Of a DNA stretch of 50,034 bases, positions 32,465 to 41,608 are shown piece after piece. The notes beneath the pieces are model-generated. The model was not told the DNA's origin. It saw only the letters and a list, made by a program, of their open reading frames with translations, and made no database searches. The translations under genes and the position numbers were made by a program. The stretch covers positions 1 through 50,034 of the forward strand of contig JACPAO010000072.1 of the NCBI GenBank assembly GCA_016180755.1. The letters are read 5' to 3'. Each line of letters opens with the position of its first letter. The stretch's first letter is position 1. Origin of the DNA: Methanobacteriota archaeon (GTDB lineage: Archaea; Thermoplasmatota; E2; JACPAO01).

Positions 32465-33973
32465 ATGTCCCGCTTGTTCGCCCGGGCCCTGGCCGTCGTG
32501 GTCCTCGTCGCCCTCCAAGGATCGCCAAGCTCCGCCGCCTCGGACGACGAAGTGACGTTCATCGTCGGGTTCCGGGAACCCACCGACCGCGGCCCCGGAG
32601 ACGACCTGCATGGCGGCCGCGTCGTGACGGCGAACGCCGCGATACGGGCCCTCGAGGTCCGCGCCGCCGACGCCCGCGCCTTCGAGGAACGCGCGTCGCG
32701 CGACCTCAGAATCCTCTTCGTCGAACGCGACCGGCCCGACGCCCTCTCCGCCCTCCTCCTTCCGAACGACGCGCGCCTCGGCGAACAGTGGGCCCTCGGG
32801 TCAAGGCCCGGCATCGAGGCCCCGGCCGCCTGGGACGTGACGCGGGGCTCCCTCGGCGTCGTCGTCGCGGTGCTGGATTCGGGACTGCAGAAGTCGCACC
32901 CGGACATCGGGAACTATCTCCAAGGGCACGACTTCCTCGCCCAAGACGACGAACCCGACGACCGTTGCGGGCACGGCACGCACGTGAGCGGCATCATCGG
33001 CGCGCTCGCCGACAACGGCGAGGGTATCGCCGGCGTCGCCTTGGCGACGCTTCTGCCCGTGAAGGTCCTCGACCTGGGGGCAGGAGGCTGCTCCGGCACG
33101 TTCGCGGCCCTCGCCAACGGCATCACCTGGTCGACGGACCAAGGTGCGGCCGTCATCTCGATGTCCCTCGGCTGCTCGGCCTGTTCGAGCAGCGCCGTCA
33201 CGGCGGCGCTCGAGTACGCCGCCGCGCACAACGTGCTCAGCGTCTGCGCAGCCGGAAACGGGCAGGGGGGCCCCGTGATGTTCCCCGCGAGCGACGCGAA
33301 CTGCGTGGCCGTCGCCGCGGTGAACGCCGACGGATCCTTCGCAACCTACTCGAGCCGAGGGCCCAAGGTCGAGATCGCGGCCCCCGGGACCGGGATCCTC
33401 TCCACGTACAACGACGGCGGATACGCCGCCTTCTCGGGCACCTCGCTCGCGGCCCCGCACGTCTCGGGCGTCGCGGCCCTCGTGGCCGCCGCCGCGCCGG
33501 GCATCTCCGCCCTCGAGCTGCGGCAACGCTTGCGAGCCTCTGCCATCAACACCTTGCTTCCGGCCGAGGAGGAGGGGGCGGGGCTCGTCAACGCCTGCAC
33601 GGCCGTGGGCGGGCCTTGCGCTGGCGGAGGCGAGCCCGAACCTGACCCCGAGCCCCAACCCCCGGCGTTGCACACGCACGCCCTCGCCGCCTCCCTGCGG
33701 GGCAAACACGTCCTCGTGCGCGCGTACGCGTACGACGCTGCCGAAGGGGCTGTGGACGGCGTCACGGTCCAAGTCCAGATCTGCCGGTCGGGGGCGGCGT
33801 GCGTCCTGCGCGAGGGTGTCACGGCTTCCGACGGGGACGTCCAGGTCCGCTGGTCGGGCGCCGGCTCCGGCGTGTACACGTCCTGCGTCACCGGCATGAC
33901 GAAGACGGGCTACGACTGGGACATGGCGGCGGGGCACGCGGCCAACGGAAACTGCGCCACGGCCGCCCTGTGA
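32465..33973 (+). CDS. Subtilisin-like serine protease (peptidase S8) with an N-terminal I9-type propeptide
   Basis: The signal peptide is 'MSRLFARALAVVVLVALQGSPSSAA'. The catalytic triad blocks are 'VAVLDSGL' (Asp), 'HGTHVSGIIGA' (His) and 'GTSLAAPHVSGVAAL' (Ser). Confidence 0.9.
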   Translation: MSRLFARALAVVVLVALQGSPSSAASDDEVTFIVGFREPTDRGPGDDLHGGRVVTANAAIRALEVRAADARAFEERASRDLRILFVERDRPDALSALLLPNDARLGEQWALGSRPGIEAPAAWDVTRGSLGVVVAVLDSGLQKSHPDIGNYLQGHDFLAQDDEPDDRCGHGTHVSGIIGALADNGEGIAGVALATLLPVKVLDLGAGGCSGTFAALANGITWSTDQGAAVISMSLGCSACSSSAVTAALEYAAAHNVLSVCAAGNGQGGPVMFPASDANCVAVAAVNADGSFATYSSRGPKVEIAAPGTGILSTYNDGGYAAFSGTSLAAPHVSGVAALVAAAAPGISALELRQRLRASAINTLLPAEEEGAGLVNACTAVGGPCAGGGEPEPDPEPQPPALHTHALAASLRGKHVLVRAYAYDAAEGAVDGVTVQVQICRSGAACVLREGVTASDGDVQVRWSGAGSGVYTSCVTGMTKTGYDWDMAAGHAANGNCATAAL

Positions 33974-34028
33974 CGGCTCCCGTGCAGGAAAAGCTAAATC
34001 CGCGGGGGCCCGCTCCTCGTCGTTCCCC

Positions 34029-35354
34029 ATGGTCCGCGTTGCCGTCCTTCTCGCGTCGCTGCTACTGGCCGCCGGCTGCCTCGAGGAGCCGTCCAAGGGC
34101 GCCGCCTCCCCGCTTGTCCCCGTCCCGGGCCTCGACGTCTCCGCCGCCTTCGAGGCGATCCGCGCCGACATGGCCTCGGTCCCCTGCAAGGCGGACACCG
34201 TATCCTCGACCGCGTCGTCGGCGAACGTGAAGCAGCTTGCCACCAGCCCGCTCAACGAGCTCGGCGGCGCGCACTCCCACGCCGAGTTCGACCTCCACGG
34301 GGACCTCCTCCTCGACTCGATGTACAACAACAAGGGGTTCACGCTCGTCAACGTCTCGAACCCGCTCGAGCCCGTCCAGGTGGGTTTCTTCGTGGATCCG
34401 ACGCCGTCGACGCCCGGCCGGGGATCCTCGTCCACCCTCGACGTGAAGTTCTCGCACGACGGCAACAACGTGTTCCTCGGCTACAACGACGCGGTCGCCC
34501 TCGTCGACGTCTCCGACCGCACGAAGCCGAAGCTCGTGCAGACCATGCCGAACCCGACCGGCTACCGCGCCCAGGCCCACATGGTGTACGACGCCAAGAT
34601 CGGAAACGGCGAGTACCTCTTCGTGTTCCCCTCGATCAGCGGCGAGCACGTCGTCGTCCACAAGATGACGGGCTCCGGCCCCGACGCGAGGCTCACCTAC
34701 CTCACCATGTACACGTTCGTGACGCCGACCGCGCCGACGCGCCAGCCGGTCGCTCCCCACGACGGCTTCGTCATGTTCGACCCCGTCGAGAATCACACGC
34801 TCCTCTACCTCGCGAACAGCTTCTACGGGGTCCAGGTCATCAACGTCGACGACCCCGCGCAGCCCCAGTGGGTGACGACGATCGCCGCGAACGCGGACGG
34901 GACGCCGACCGGGTACCTTCCGAGCTTCTACCACACCGTGCAAGCCGCGTGGATCGACGGGAAGCGCATCATCGCGACGAGCGCCGAGGTCGGCCACAAC
35001 ACGCTCAAGGTGTTCGACGCGACGAACCTCAAGGCCCCCAAGTTCCTGGGGCAATGGGTCTTCAATGAGCAGCAGTCGACGAACATGCAGCACAACCTCC
35101 AGATTGTGAACGGCACGCTCTTCGAGGCGCACTACCAGCAGGGCCTCTTCGGCTTCGACCTCAGGAGCTACCTCCAGAACCCAACGCCGAAGCTCTCGCC
35201 ATCGTTCCACTTCCAGCCCGCCACGGGCGGCTCGATCTGGGACGTCGTCGTCCGCAAGGGGCTTGCCTACGTGAGCAACACGCCCCAAGGTGTGCACGTC
35301 GTCGGGTACGGCTGCTTCGCCGCGGGGACGGAATCGCTCACAAGCGACGGCTAA
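34029..35354 (+). CDS. LVIVD-repeat beta-propeller lipoprotein
   Basis: Lipobox 'LLAAGC'. The repeats are 'GFTLVNVSNPLEPVQVG', 'AVALVDVSDRTKPKLV', 'YGVQVINVDDPAQPQWV' and 'LKVFDATNLKAPKFLG'. Confidence 0.8.
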   Translation: MVRVAVLLASLLLAAGCLEEPSKGAASPLVPVPGLDVSAAFEAIRADMASVPCKADTVSSTASSANVKQLATSPLNELGGAHSHAEFDLHGDLLLDSMYNNKGFTLVNVSNPLEPVQVGFFVDPTPSTPGRGSSSTLDVKFSHDGNNVFLGYNDAVALVDVSDRTKPKLVQTMPNPTGYRAQAHMVYDAKIGNGEYLFVFPSISGEHVVVHKMTGSGPDARLTYLTMYTFVTPTAPTRQPVAPHDGFVMFDPVENHTLLYLANSFYGVQVINVDDPAQPQWVTTIAANADGTPTGYLPSFYHTVQAAWIDGKRIIATSAEVGHNTLKVFDATNLKAPKFLGQWVFNEQQSTNMQHNLQIVNGTLFEAHYQQGLFGFDLRSYLQNPTPKLSPSFHFQPATGGSIWDVVVRKGLAYVSNTPQGVHVVGYGCFAAGTESLTSDG

Positions 35355-35412
35355 GTCGCCCCATCCTGCTGGGCGTAAGCTTGAAGGCCTCGTCTTCGTT
35401 TCCACGTGGGTC

Positions 35413-36024
35413 ATGAGGCTGCTCGGCGTAGCCGTCCTCGCCGCCGCGTTTGCGCTAAGCGGCTGCATCGAGGAATTCGTCCTCGAAGAAACGGCCGTCG
35501 AAGACGACGCCGAGGCCCCGGCCGCGCGCGACGACCGCGCGTGGGAGCGCGAGAACGTCGGGAAGCCGGCCCAGCTCAGCGGGTTCCATTTCAGCATGCT
35601 CGTGAGCCGCGGCGGCGCCACGGGCCTCAAGGCGGAGGCGACGCTCGGGGGCCCTGCGACGGACTGCGTCATCGAGAGCGTCTCGGCCGTCCGCTGCTCG
35701 TGGCACTACAAGTGGTCCGTCGTCGGAGGGTCTTCGGCGCTGCCGGCCGACGTGAGGATCTGGGTCGCGGACCCCACACAGCCGCAGAGCCTCTGCTCGA
35801 TCGGTTTCTCCGGAGAATGCGCGCGGGCCGGGACGGAGAAGGGTTCCATCGTCGCGGACGCGGAAAACGCCTACGTCGACTGGACCGCCTACGTCAAGGT
35901 GGAGACCGCCGGCTATGCGGGCCCCGCGGTCGTCGCGAAGTCCTACGACATGCGCAAGAGCGACGTTTCCTTCCAGGTCGACTTCGACCGGGACGGCCGA
36001 CCCGTCCCCGCCGTCGACGAGTGA
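35413..36024 (+). CDS. Small lipoprotein, function unknown
   Basis: The ATG at 35413 gives 'MRLLGVAVLAAAFALSGC'. Confidence 0.6.
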   Translation: MRLLGVAVLAAAFALSGCIEEFVLEETAVEDDAEAPAARDDRAWERENVGKPAQLSGFHFSMLVSRGGATGLKAEATLGGPATDCVIESVSAVRCSWHYKWSVVGGSSALPADVRIWVADPTQPQSLCSIGFSGECARAGTEKGSIVADAENAYVDWTAYVKVETAGYAGPAVVAKSYDMRKSDVSFQVDFDRDGRPVPAVDE

Positions 36025-36025
36025 G

Positions 36026-36862
36026 CTAGCCGCCCACCCTGAGCGGCTCGCGCGTAGGTCGGACCTGTTTCGTCGCCAAGGCGTGCGACCACATCGCCGA
36101 GAGCACCTGCGCGCGGCGGCGGCTTCGCGCCGACTGGAACCGCCGCGCCGCCCCGTCGGCCTCTGCGAGGAAGCGGGCGCACATGGCGGTCCGTCCCTGC
36201 CGGAACTCCGGCGAGCCCACGAACGACTTGAGCGGCCGTTCGCGGAGCTCTTCCAGCGTGACGAAGACGCGGCCGCGGCCGAGGTCGCGGCGCACGTCCC
36301 GGCAGTCGTCCCCGAGCTGCGTGCTCACCGCGAAGAGGTTCGCGTGCTTCGCGACAAGGCGCCGCGGCTCGTCGGGGAAGAGAAGGTCGTCGAGGATCTC
36401 CATCGCGGGGACGGACTTGTACTCGAGGAGCGCGAGGTATTCGAGCATCGGCCGCGGCCGGTCGAAGCGCGCCTCCGCCTCGAGGCCGGTGAGGCCCCGA
36501 AGGAGGCGTCGTTGGAGCCGGTCCGCGTCGACGATCGCGGGATGCTCGAGGAGCGCGCCGACGCAGCGCTCCGCGAAGTCCGCGTCGAGGGCCGACCTGA
36601 GCCTCCGCCGCCAGTGCGGGGCGGCCGTCGTCCCCGCCTCCATGGCGTCGTCGACGCGGCGCGCGGCGCACCAGAACAGCACCCAGGCGTCCGCCGAGGC
36701 TCGCGGCAGGATCCGGGTCGGCGCGAGGCCCAGGGCCGCATCCCTGCGGGCGCGAAGGAACCGGCGCGCCTGTTCGACGAGGCGGGCCCGACGGGCGCCT
36801 TGGCTCGTTCGGTCCCAACGATCGGTCGAGGTCATCGTTCCGTTTCTCAAACCCTTGCCCAT
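36026..36862 (-). CDS. Squalene/phytoene synthase family protein (trans-isoprenyl diphosphate synthase, head-to-head)
   Basis: Two Asp-rich motifs are present in the expected context: 'FWCAARRVDDAMEAG' and 'STQLGDDCRDVRRDLGRGRVF'. The start could be the Met at 36835. Confidence 0.7.
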   Translation of the reverse strand: MGKGLRNGTMTSTDRWDRTSQGARRARLVEQARRFLRARRDAALGLAPTRILPRASADAWVLFWCAARRVDDAMEAGTTAAPHWRRRLRSALDADFAERCVGALLEHPAIVDADRLQRRLLRGLTGLEAEARFDRPRPMLEYLALLEYKSVPAMEILDDLLFPDEPRRLVAKHANLFAVSTQLGDDCRDVRRDLGRGRVFVTLEELRERPLKSFVGSPEFRQGRTAMCARFLAEADGAARRFQSARSRRRAQVLSAMWSHALATKQVRPTREPLRVGG

Positions 36863-36903
36863 GCGGCGCGCCCGAGATGAAGCTTACGCCCAACGCGTCA
36901 GCT

Positions 36904-36913
36904 TTATCTCAAA
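36904..36913 (+). promoter_or_regulatory. TATA-like box ttatctcaaa, about 25 nt upstream of the GTG at 36933
   Basis: The same 10-mer occurs upstream of the Xre antitoxin gene (8094-8103). The spacing fits a leaderless proS transcript. Confidence 0.4.
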
Positions 36914-36932
36914 ACCCCGGCTAGCGCCGCGC

Positions 36933-38399
36933 GTGACCTCGAAGGCGCCCCCCAAGGCGGCCTCGGCCCCCGCCGCCCCCATCGCGCTCACGCGCAAGAA
37001 GTCCGACGATTTCATGGAGTGGTACCTCGAGGTCTGCGACGTCGCCGAGCTCTCCGACAAGCGGTACGCGATCAAGGGCATGAACATCTGGCGGCCCTAC
37101 GCGTACAAGGTCATGCACAACATCGACGAGTTCACCCGGAAGGAGATGGCGCGTTCCGGCCACGACGAGGTCCTCTTCCCCCTCATGATCCCCGAATCCT
37201 ACTTCCGCAAGGAGCAGGAGCAGATCAAGGGGTTCGGCGGCGAGGTTTTCTGGGTCGACTTTGCAGGCGAGAACAAGCTCGAGGAGCGCCTCGTCATCCG
37301 GCCGACCTCCGAGACGGCCATGTACTCGATCTTCCCGTTGTGGATCCGCAGCCACGCGGACCTGCCGCTCCGGACCTTCCAGATCGTGAACGTGTTCCGG
37401 TACGAAACGAAGCAGACCCGTCCCTTCATGCGCGTGCGCGAGATCCACTTCTTCGAGGACCACTCGTGCTTCGCGACGTACGAGGACTCGGAGGCGCACA
37501 TGAACGTGGACCTCGAGGTCGTGCGAAACTGCCTCACGCGGCTCGCGCTCCCCTACATCACGAGCCGGCGGCCCGACTGGGACAAGTTCCCGGGCGCGCA
37601 CTACTCGGTGGGCTGTGACGTCGTCATGCCGAGCGGCCGCACGCTCCAGTGCGCGACCGTCCACCAGTACAAGGACAACTTCAGCAAGGCGTACGAGATC
37701 ACGTACGAGGCACCGGACGGCACGCGCAAAAACGTCCACCAGACGACCTTCGGCATGAGCGAGCGTCTCGTGGGGGCGACGGTCGGCGTCCACGGCGACG
37801 ACCGCGGCCTCGTCCTTCCGCCCGAGGTCGCCCCGATCCAGGTCGTCGTCGTCCCGATCATCTTCAAAGGGAAGGAGAAGCCGGTCCTCGACGCGTGCGC
37901 AGACGTCGCGCGGCGCCTCCGGGACAAGGGACTCCGGGTCCACGTCGACGACCGCGACCGCAACGCCGGCGAGAAGTACTTCCACTGGGAGCTTCGCGGT
38001 GTCCCCCTGCGGCTCGAGATCGGCCCCCGCGACCTCGAGAAGCAGAGCGTCATGACCGTGCGCCGCGACGCCGGGAAGGCGATCGTCCCGATGGCGACCG
38101 TCGAGGCGGAGGTCGAGAAGCTCCTTCAGCACGTCCAGGCGGACCTCCTCGAGCGGCAGACGAAGTTCCAAGCAGGCCAGATCCACCGGGCCCACAAGAT
38201 CGAGGAGGCCCGCCCGCTCGGGGGAATCGTCGTGCTGCCGGTCTGCGACAAGGCCACCTGCGGCCACGGCGTCGAGGAGGCGCTCGACTACAAGACGCTC
38301 GGCGTCCCGATGGACGAGCCCTCGGACGCTTCGCGCGAGCGTTGCGCGCATTGCGGCGAGGCCGCGAAGGACTGGATCCGCTTCGCTAGGACGTATTAG
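36933..38399 (+). CDS. proS: Prolyl-tRNA synthetase, archaeal/eukaryotic type
   Basis: Sequence blocks seen: 'FMEWYLEVCDVAELSDKRYAIKGMNIWRPYAY', the class II motifs 'VIRPTSET' and 'FRYETKQTRPFMRVREIHFFE', an anticodon-binding domain, and the C-terminal Zn-binding domain ending 'RFARTY'. The GTG at 36933 is preferred because of the promoter box; the ATG at 36861 is the alternative. Confidence 0.9.
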   Translation: MTSKAPPKAASAPAAPIALTRKKSDDFMEWYLEVCDVAELSDKRYAIKGMNIWRPYAYKVMHNIDEFTRKEMARSGHDEVLFPLMIPESYFRKEQEQIKGFGGEVFWVDFAGENKLEERLVIRPTSETAMYSIFPLWIRSHADLPLRTFQIVNVFRYETKQTRPFMRVREIHFFEDHSCFATYEDSEAHMNVDLEVVRNCLTRLALPYITSRRPDWDKFPGAHYSVGCDVVMPSGRTLQCATVHQYKDNFSKAYEITYEAPDGTRKNVHQTTFGMSERLVGATVGVHGDDRGLVLPPEVAPIQVVVVPIIFKGKEKPVLDACADVARRLRDKGLRVHVDDRDRNAGEKYFHWELRGVPLRLEIGPRDLEKQSVMTVRRDAGKAIVPMATVEAEVEKLLQHVQADLLERQTKFQAGQIHRAHKIEEARPLGGIVVLPVCDKATCGHGVEEALDYKTLGVPMDEPSDASRERCAHCGEAAKDWIRFARTY

Positions 38400-38408
38400 G
38401 CTCGAGCG

Positions 38409-39422
38409 CTACGCGTCGGGGAGCGCCGTGTAGGTGGGCGGGGCGGGTTCGACGAAGAAGAACGTCATGTAGACGGTCGCGACGTTGTTCTGCGCGACGC
38501 CGTAGTCGGGCGTTGTCTCGCAATTATTGATGAGGGACCCGAGGTCGCAGTAGCCCGGGAAGAGCCGGTAGAACCAGTCGCAGCACCAGTCCGCCTCCGG
38601 GATCTTCCGTTGCGTGAGAAGCGCCTCGTCGATCTTCCAGATGATGGGCGGCTTCGGCTGCATGCGGAAGAAGGTGTAGGGGCCGCCCTGATTGATGGAT
38701 CCACCCTGTCCGCGGGGGATGTTGGGCGCGTTGATGTCGAACATGAACCCCTTCCCGGTCGCCCCCGTCTGGGCGGCCCATGTGACCTCGCCGACGATGG
38801 TGGTCCAGTTGTTGCCGTTCTCCTGGTGTTTCTCAAGCAACGATGTGTAGTGGCGTTCGCAGTAGTCCCCCGAAGGCGCGCAACCGGTCCGGACGCCCTG
38901 GCAGGTCTTCGCAAGGGGCTGCCCCTGGCCTCCGAGGTCGTACATGCATTGGGGGGTAAGCTTCACCATCACGCCCGAGACCTCGGCGCGTCGCACGTCG
39001 CGGACCTCGAAGCGCCCGACCTCCGCCAGCTTTTCGAGCATGAGAGGCACGGTGAGGACGGCCCCTTGCTCGACCGTGATCCGTTTCCCCGTCGAGGCGT
39101 ACCCAAGGCGCTGCGCGACGATCTGGTGGTCGCCGGGCGGGACGCGAGAGATGGAGAAGTGTCCGCCCTCGTCGGTAAGGACCACGAGGTCTTCCGGCAT
39201 CTCTCCGCCTCGCAGGATGGCAACCTGGACGCCCGCGATGGGCACGACCTCGGCGTCCGTGACCGTCCCCTCGACGGCCCCGGTGCTGTCGTCGAATTCC
39301 GCCGGGCCCGAACTGACCTGGGGGCCGGCGGACGCCCCGGCGGCCGTGGACTGCGCGTCCTCGACGCAGCCGGCCAAGAATCCAGTGCAAAACAGCGCCG
39401 CCACTACGAATGGAACCCTCAT
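38409..39422 (-). CDS. Lipoprotein paralog 1: CarboxypepD_reg-like domain plus Cys-rich C-terminal domain
   Basis: The ATG at 39422 gives 'MRVPFVVAALFCTGFLAGC'. The domain reads 'GAVEGTVTDAEVVPIAGVQVAIL...TDEGGHFSISRVPPGDHQIVAQRLGY'. The C-terminal tail is 'YTALPDA'. Confidence 0.8.
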   Translation of the reverse strand: MRVPFVVAALFCTGFLAGCVEDAQSTAAGASAGPQVSSGPAEFDDSTGAVEGTVTDAEVVPIAGVQVAILRGGEMPEDLVVLTDEGGHFSISRVPPGDHQIVAQRLGYASTGKRITVEQGAVLTVPLMLEKLAEVGRFEVRDVRRAEVSGVMVKLTPQCMYDLGGQGQPLAKTCQGVRTGCAPSGDYCERHYTSLLEKHQENGNNWTTIVGEVTWAAQTGATGKGFMFDINAPNIPRGQGGSINQGGPYTFFRMQPKPPIIWKIDEALLTQRKIPEADWCCDWFYRLFPGYCDLGSLINNCETTPDYGVAQNNVATVYMTFFFVEPAPPTYTALPDA

Positions 39423-39550
39423 GCTGGCACCTGGGCTCTCCCCTGCCCGCGCCATCAAGCCATTTGCGACGTTAAAAGTGTTACCGCCTAGCACGCCACG
39501 CGAGGGCCCCAAGCTCCCGCTATCCCGCGCCCCCGCGCGGCGCCGACCCC

Positions 39551-40391
39551 CTACGCGTCGGGGAGCGCGGACTCTTCAGGAGCAAGCGGTTCCTTGTAGG
39601 CGAGGCTCACCCAGAACGTGAACGACTGTATCGGGGTTCTGGAAGTACCGCGGGTCCGCCTGGTTGGCGGCCCCGTTGGTGCCCCGCGTGATGTTCGGGA
39701 ATAGGATGTCGAGCTGGAGGCTCCGACCGACGACCGCCGTCTGTTGCGTCCAGACGAGCTCCACCATCATCGTCGCCCAGTCGGGTTCGACGGCGCCCGC
39801 CGCCGTCGGCGTCTTCCGAGAGCCGATCCCGATTTCCTGGTTGGAGCCGCCTTGCACGATGCCTCCGCACGTCTTGAGGAGGGGGTTGACGCTCGTCAAC
39901 GGCTCGTAGATGCACGGATGCGTGAGCTTCCAGCTTGCGCCCCGGTCGATGCTACCCTTGACCGAGTAGACGATCTTGAGCGCCTCGTCCGTCGGGAGCT
40001 TGGGGATGATGAACGACTTCTCCACGACCTGGCCCGCGATGACTTCGATCTTTGAACCTGCCGTCTCGTACCCGAGGGCGGTCGCGATGATCGAGTGGGT
40101 CCCCGGGGGGACCCGGCTGAGCGTGAAGCGGCCCGACTGGTCGGTCAGGACGGCGATGTTCTCGGGGACGAGGTCGCTCTTGAGGATGCCGACCTGCGCG
40201 TTCGCGATGGGCTGAATCTCGTCGTCCGTCACCGTTCCCTGGACGGCGCCCGTTTCGCCATCGAACTCGGCCGCGCCGGAATTGACCTGGGGTGCCTCGG
40301 ACGCAGGACCCTCGCTGGAGGAAACGTCACCCACGCAGCCCGCGAAGACGGTCAAGACGAAGGACGCGGCCGCGACAATCGGAAGCCTCAT
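39551..40391 (-). pseudogene. Lipoprotein paralog 2: frameshifted near the 3' end and internally shortened relative to its neighbours
   Basis: The track ORF (39576-40400) ends '...DTVVHVLGEPRLQGTACS'. A different frame downstream reads 'FTFWVSLAYKEPLAPEESALPDA*' and ends at 39551. That is the conserved family C-terminus, and its last 18 nt are identical to 38410-38427. About 65 aa present in the neighbours ('KPPII...CDLG...') are missing. Confidence 0.6.
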
Positions 40392-40463
40392 GCTCGACAC
40401 CTTAAGGATGTCCCGAGCGAACGAGGCACATGCGGGCTTAAAAGGGTTCCCCAGGCCGCCGCG

Positions 40464-41600
40464 TTATTCGTCGGGAAGGGCCGTGAAATCCTGCGAAAGC
40501 GGCTGCCGGACCGCGAACGTGAAGTAGACGTCCGCCCGGCCCTGCAGCATGAGCCCGTAGTCCGGCCCGAACCCGTCGTTGCAGATGCCGAGGTCGCACG
40601 CGGCCGCGAACATGCGCCAGAACCAGTCGCAGTTGGGCGTGCCCGACGGGCCCGGGGCGGTGCAGTCGTTCTCGGGGTAGTTGTTCCAGTCGCTCGCCGG
40701 GATCTTCCGCTCCTCGAGCGTCGTCGGCTTGTCGATGCGGAGGATGATGGGCGGCTTGTTGGTGCCCTTGTACCAGGTGTACGGCGACGCCTGGTCGATT
40801 GAGCCGCCCGTGCCGCGCGTGATGTTGGGCGCGTTGATGTCGAACAGGAAGCCGCGGCCCGTCGCGCCGGTCTGCGCCTTCCACGTCACCTCGCCGAGGA
40901 TCGAGGACCAGTTCGCGTTGAACTCGGAATACTTCTTGTTGGTCTGCGTGTGGCTCTCGCATGCGTCGCAGCCGGTCGTGACGTTGTAGCCGGCCGCCCC
41001 GGTCGTCCCGAAGCGGACGCCGCCGCACGTCTTGAGGAGGTTCGCGTTCTCGCTCACGACCGGGATCCCGGGCGGCACGTACCCCGATAGGTAAAGGCAG
41101 CTCGGGGTCGCCTTGTACATGAGGCTGCTCATCTGGAGGGACTCGTGGATGGTCCGCTGGTAGGGGTCGTCCGTGGGGAGCGGTTCGAGGATGAACGACA
41201 GGGTCTCGGCCTTCCCCGCCGTGACCTCGATGGCGCGGGCCTGGGCCTGGAAGCCGAGCGCTTGGACGTCCATCCGGTACTGGCCCGGGGCGAGCCGGTT
41301 GAGGACGAAGCGCCCGCTCTCGTCGGTCGAGGCCGTGACCGGTTCGGGGAGCGAGTCGGAGCGGAGTCCCACCTGCGCGGCGGGGATCGGATCCAACTCG
41401 GGCGTCGTCACGGTGCCTTCGATGGCCCCGGTCGTGTCGTCGAAGTCGACGGGGCCGGAGCGCGCGTCCGGTTGGCCCGTTCGGTCCGAGGCCCCTTCCC
41501 CTTGGCCGACGCAGCCCGCGAAGGCGACCCAGGCGACGATCGAAGCGGCGATTAGCGGCAGCGTACGCAATCTGAAGCCCCCTTTCTGGTCTCCCCGCAT
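40464..41600 (-). CDS. Lipoprotein paralog 3: CarboxypepD_reg-like domain plus Cys-rich C-terminal domain
   Basis: Lipobox 'VAFAGC'. The domain reads 'GAIEGTVTTPELDPIPAAQVGL...TDESGRFVLNRLAPGQYRMDVQALGF'. The C-terminal tail is 'FTALPDE'. It shares a 26-nt identical stretch (gatgttgggcgcgttgatgtcgaaca) with paralog 1. Confidence 0.8.
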   Translation of the reverse strand: MRGDQKGGFRLRTLPLIAASIVAWVAFAGCVGQGEGASDRTGQPDARSGPVDFDDTTGAIEGTVTTPELDPIPAAQVGLRSDSLPEPVTASTDESGRFVLNRLAPGQYRMDVQALGFQAQARAIEVTAGKAETLSFILEPLPTDDPYQRTIHESLQMSSLMYKATPSCLYLSGYVPPGIPVVSENANLLKTCGGVRFGTTGAAGYNVTTGCDACESHTQTNKKYSEFNANWSSILGEVTWKAQTGATGRGFLFDINAPNITRGTGGSIDQASPYTWYKGTNKPPIILRIDKPTTLEERKIPASDWNNYPENDCTAPGPSGTPNCDWFWRMFAAACDLGICNDGFGPDYGLMLQGRADVYFTFAVRQPLSQDFTALPDE

Positions 41601-41608
41601 CGGAGCCT

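Noticed and set aside
32801-35672. Long antisense ORFs 32801-34468 and 34062-35672. Similar ones occur at 35943-36893, 36921-38351, 42570-44096, 43014-side frames, 44343-45395, 46425-47996 and 47691-49274.
   Set aside because: All are R/G/D/E/P-rich without motifs and lie opposite genes with strong family signatures. They are GC-driven open frames.
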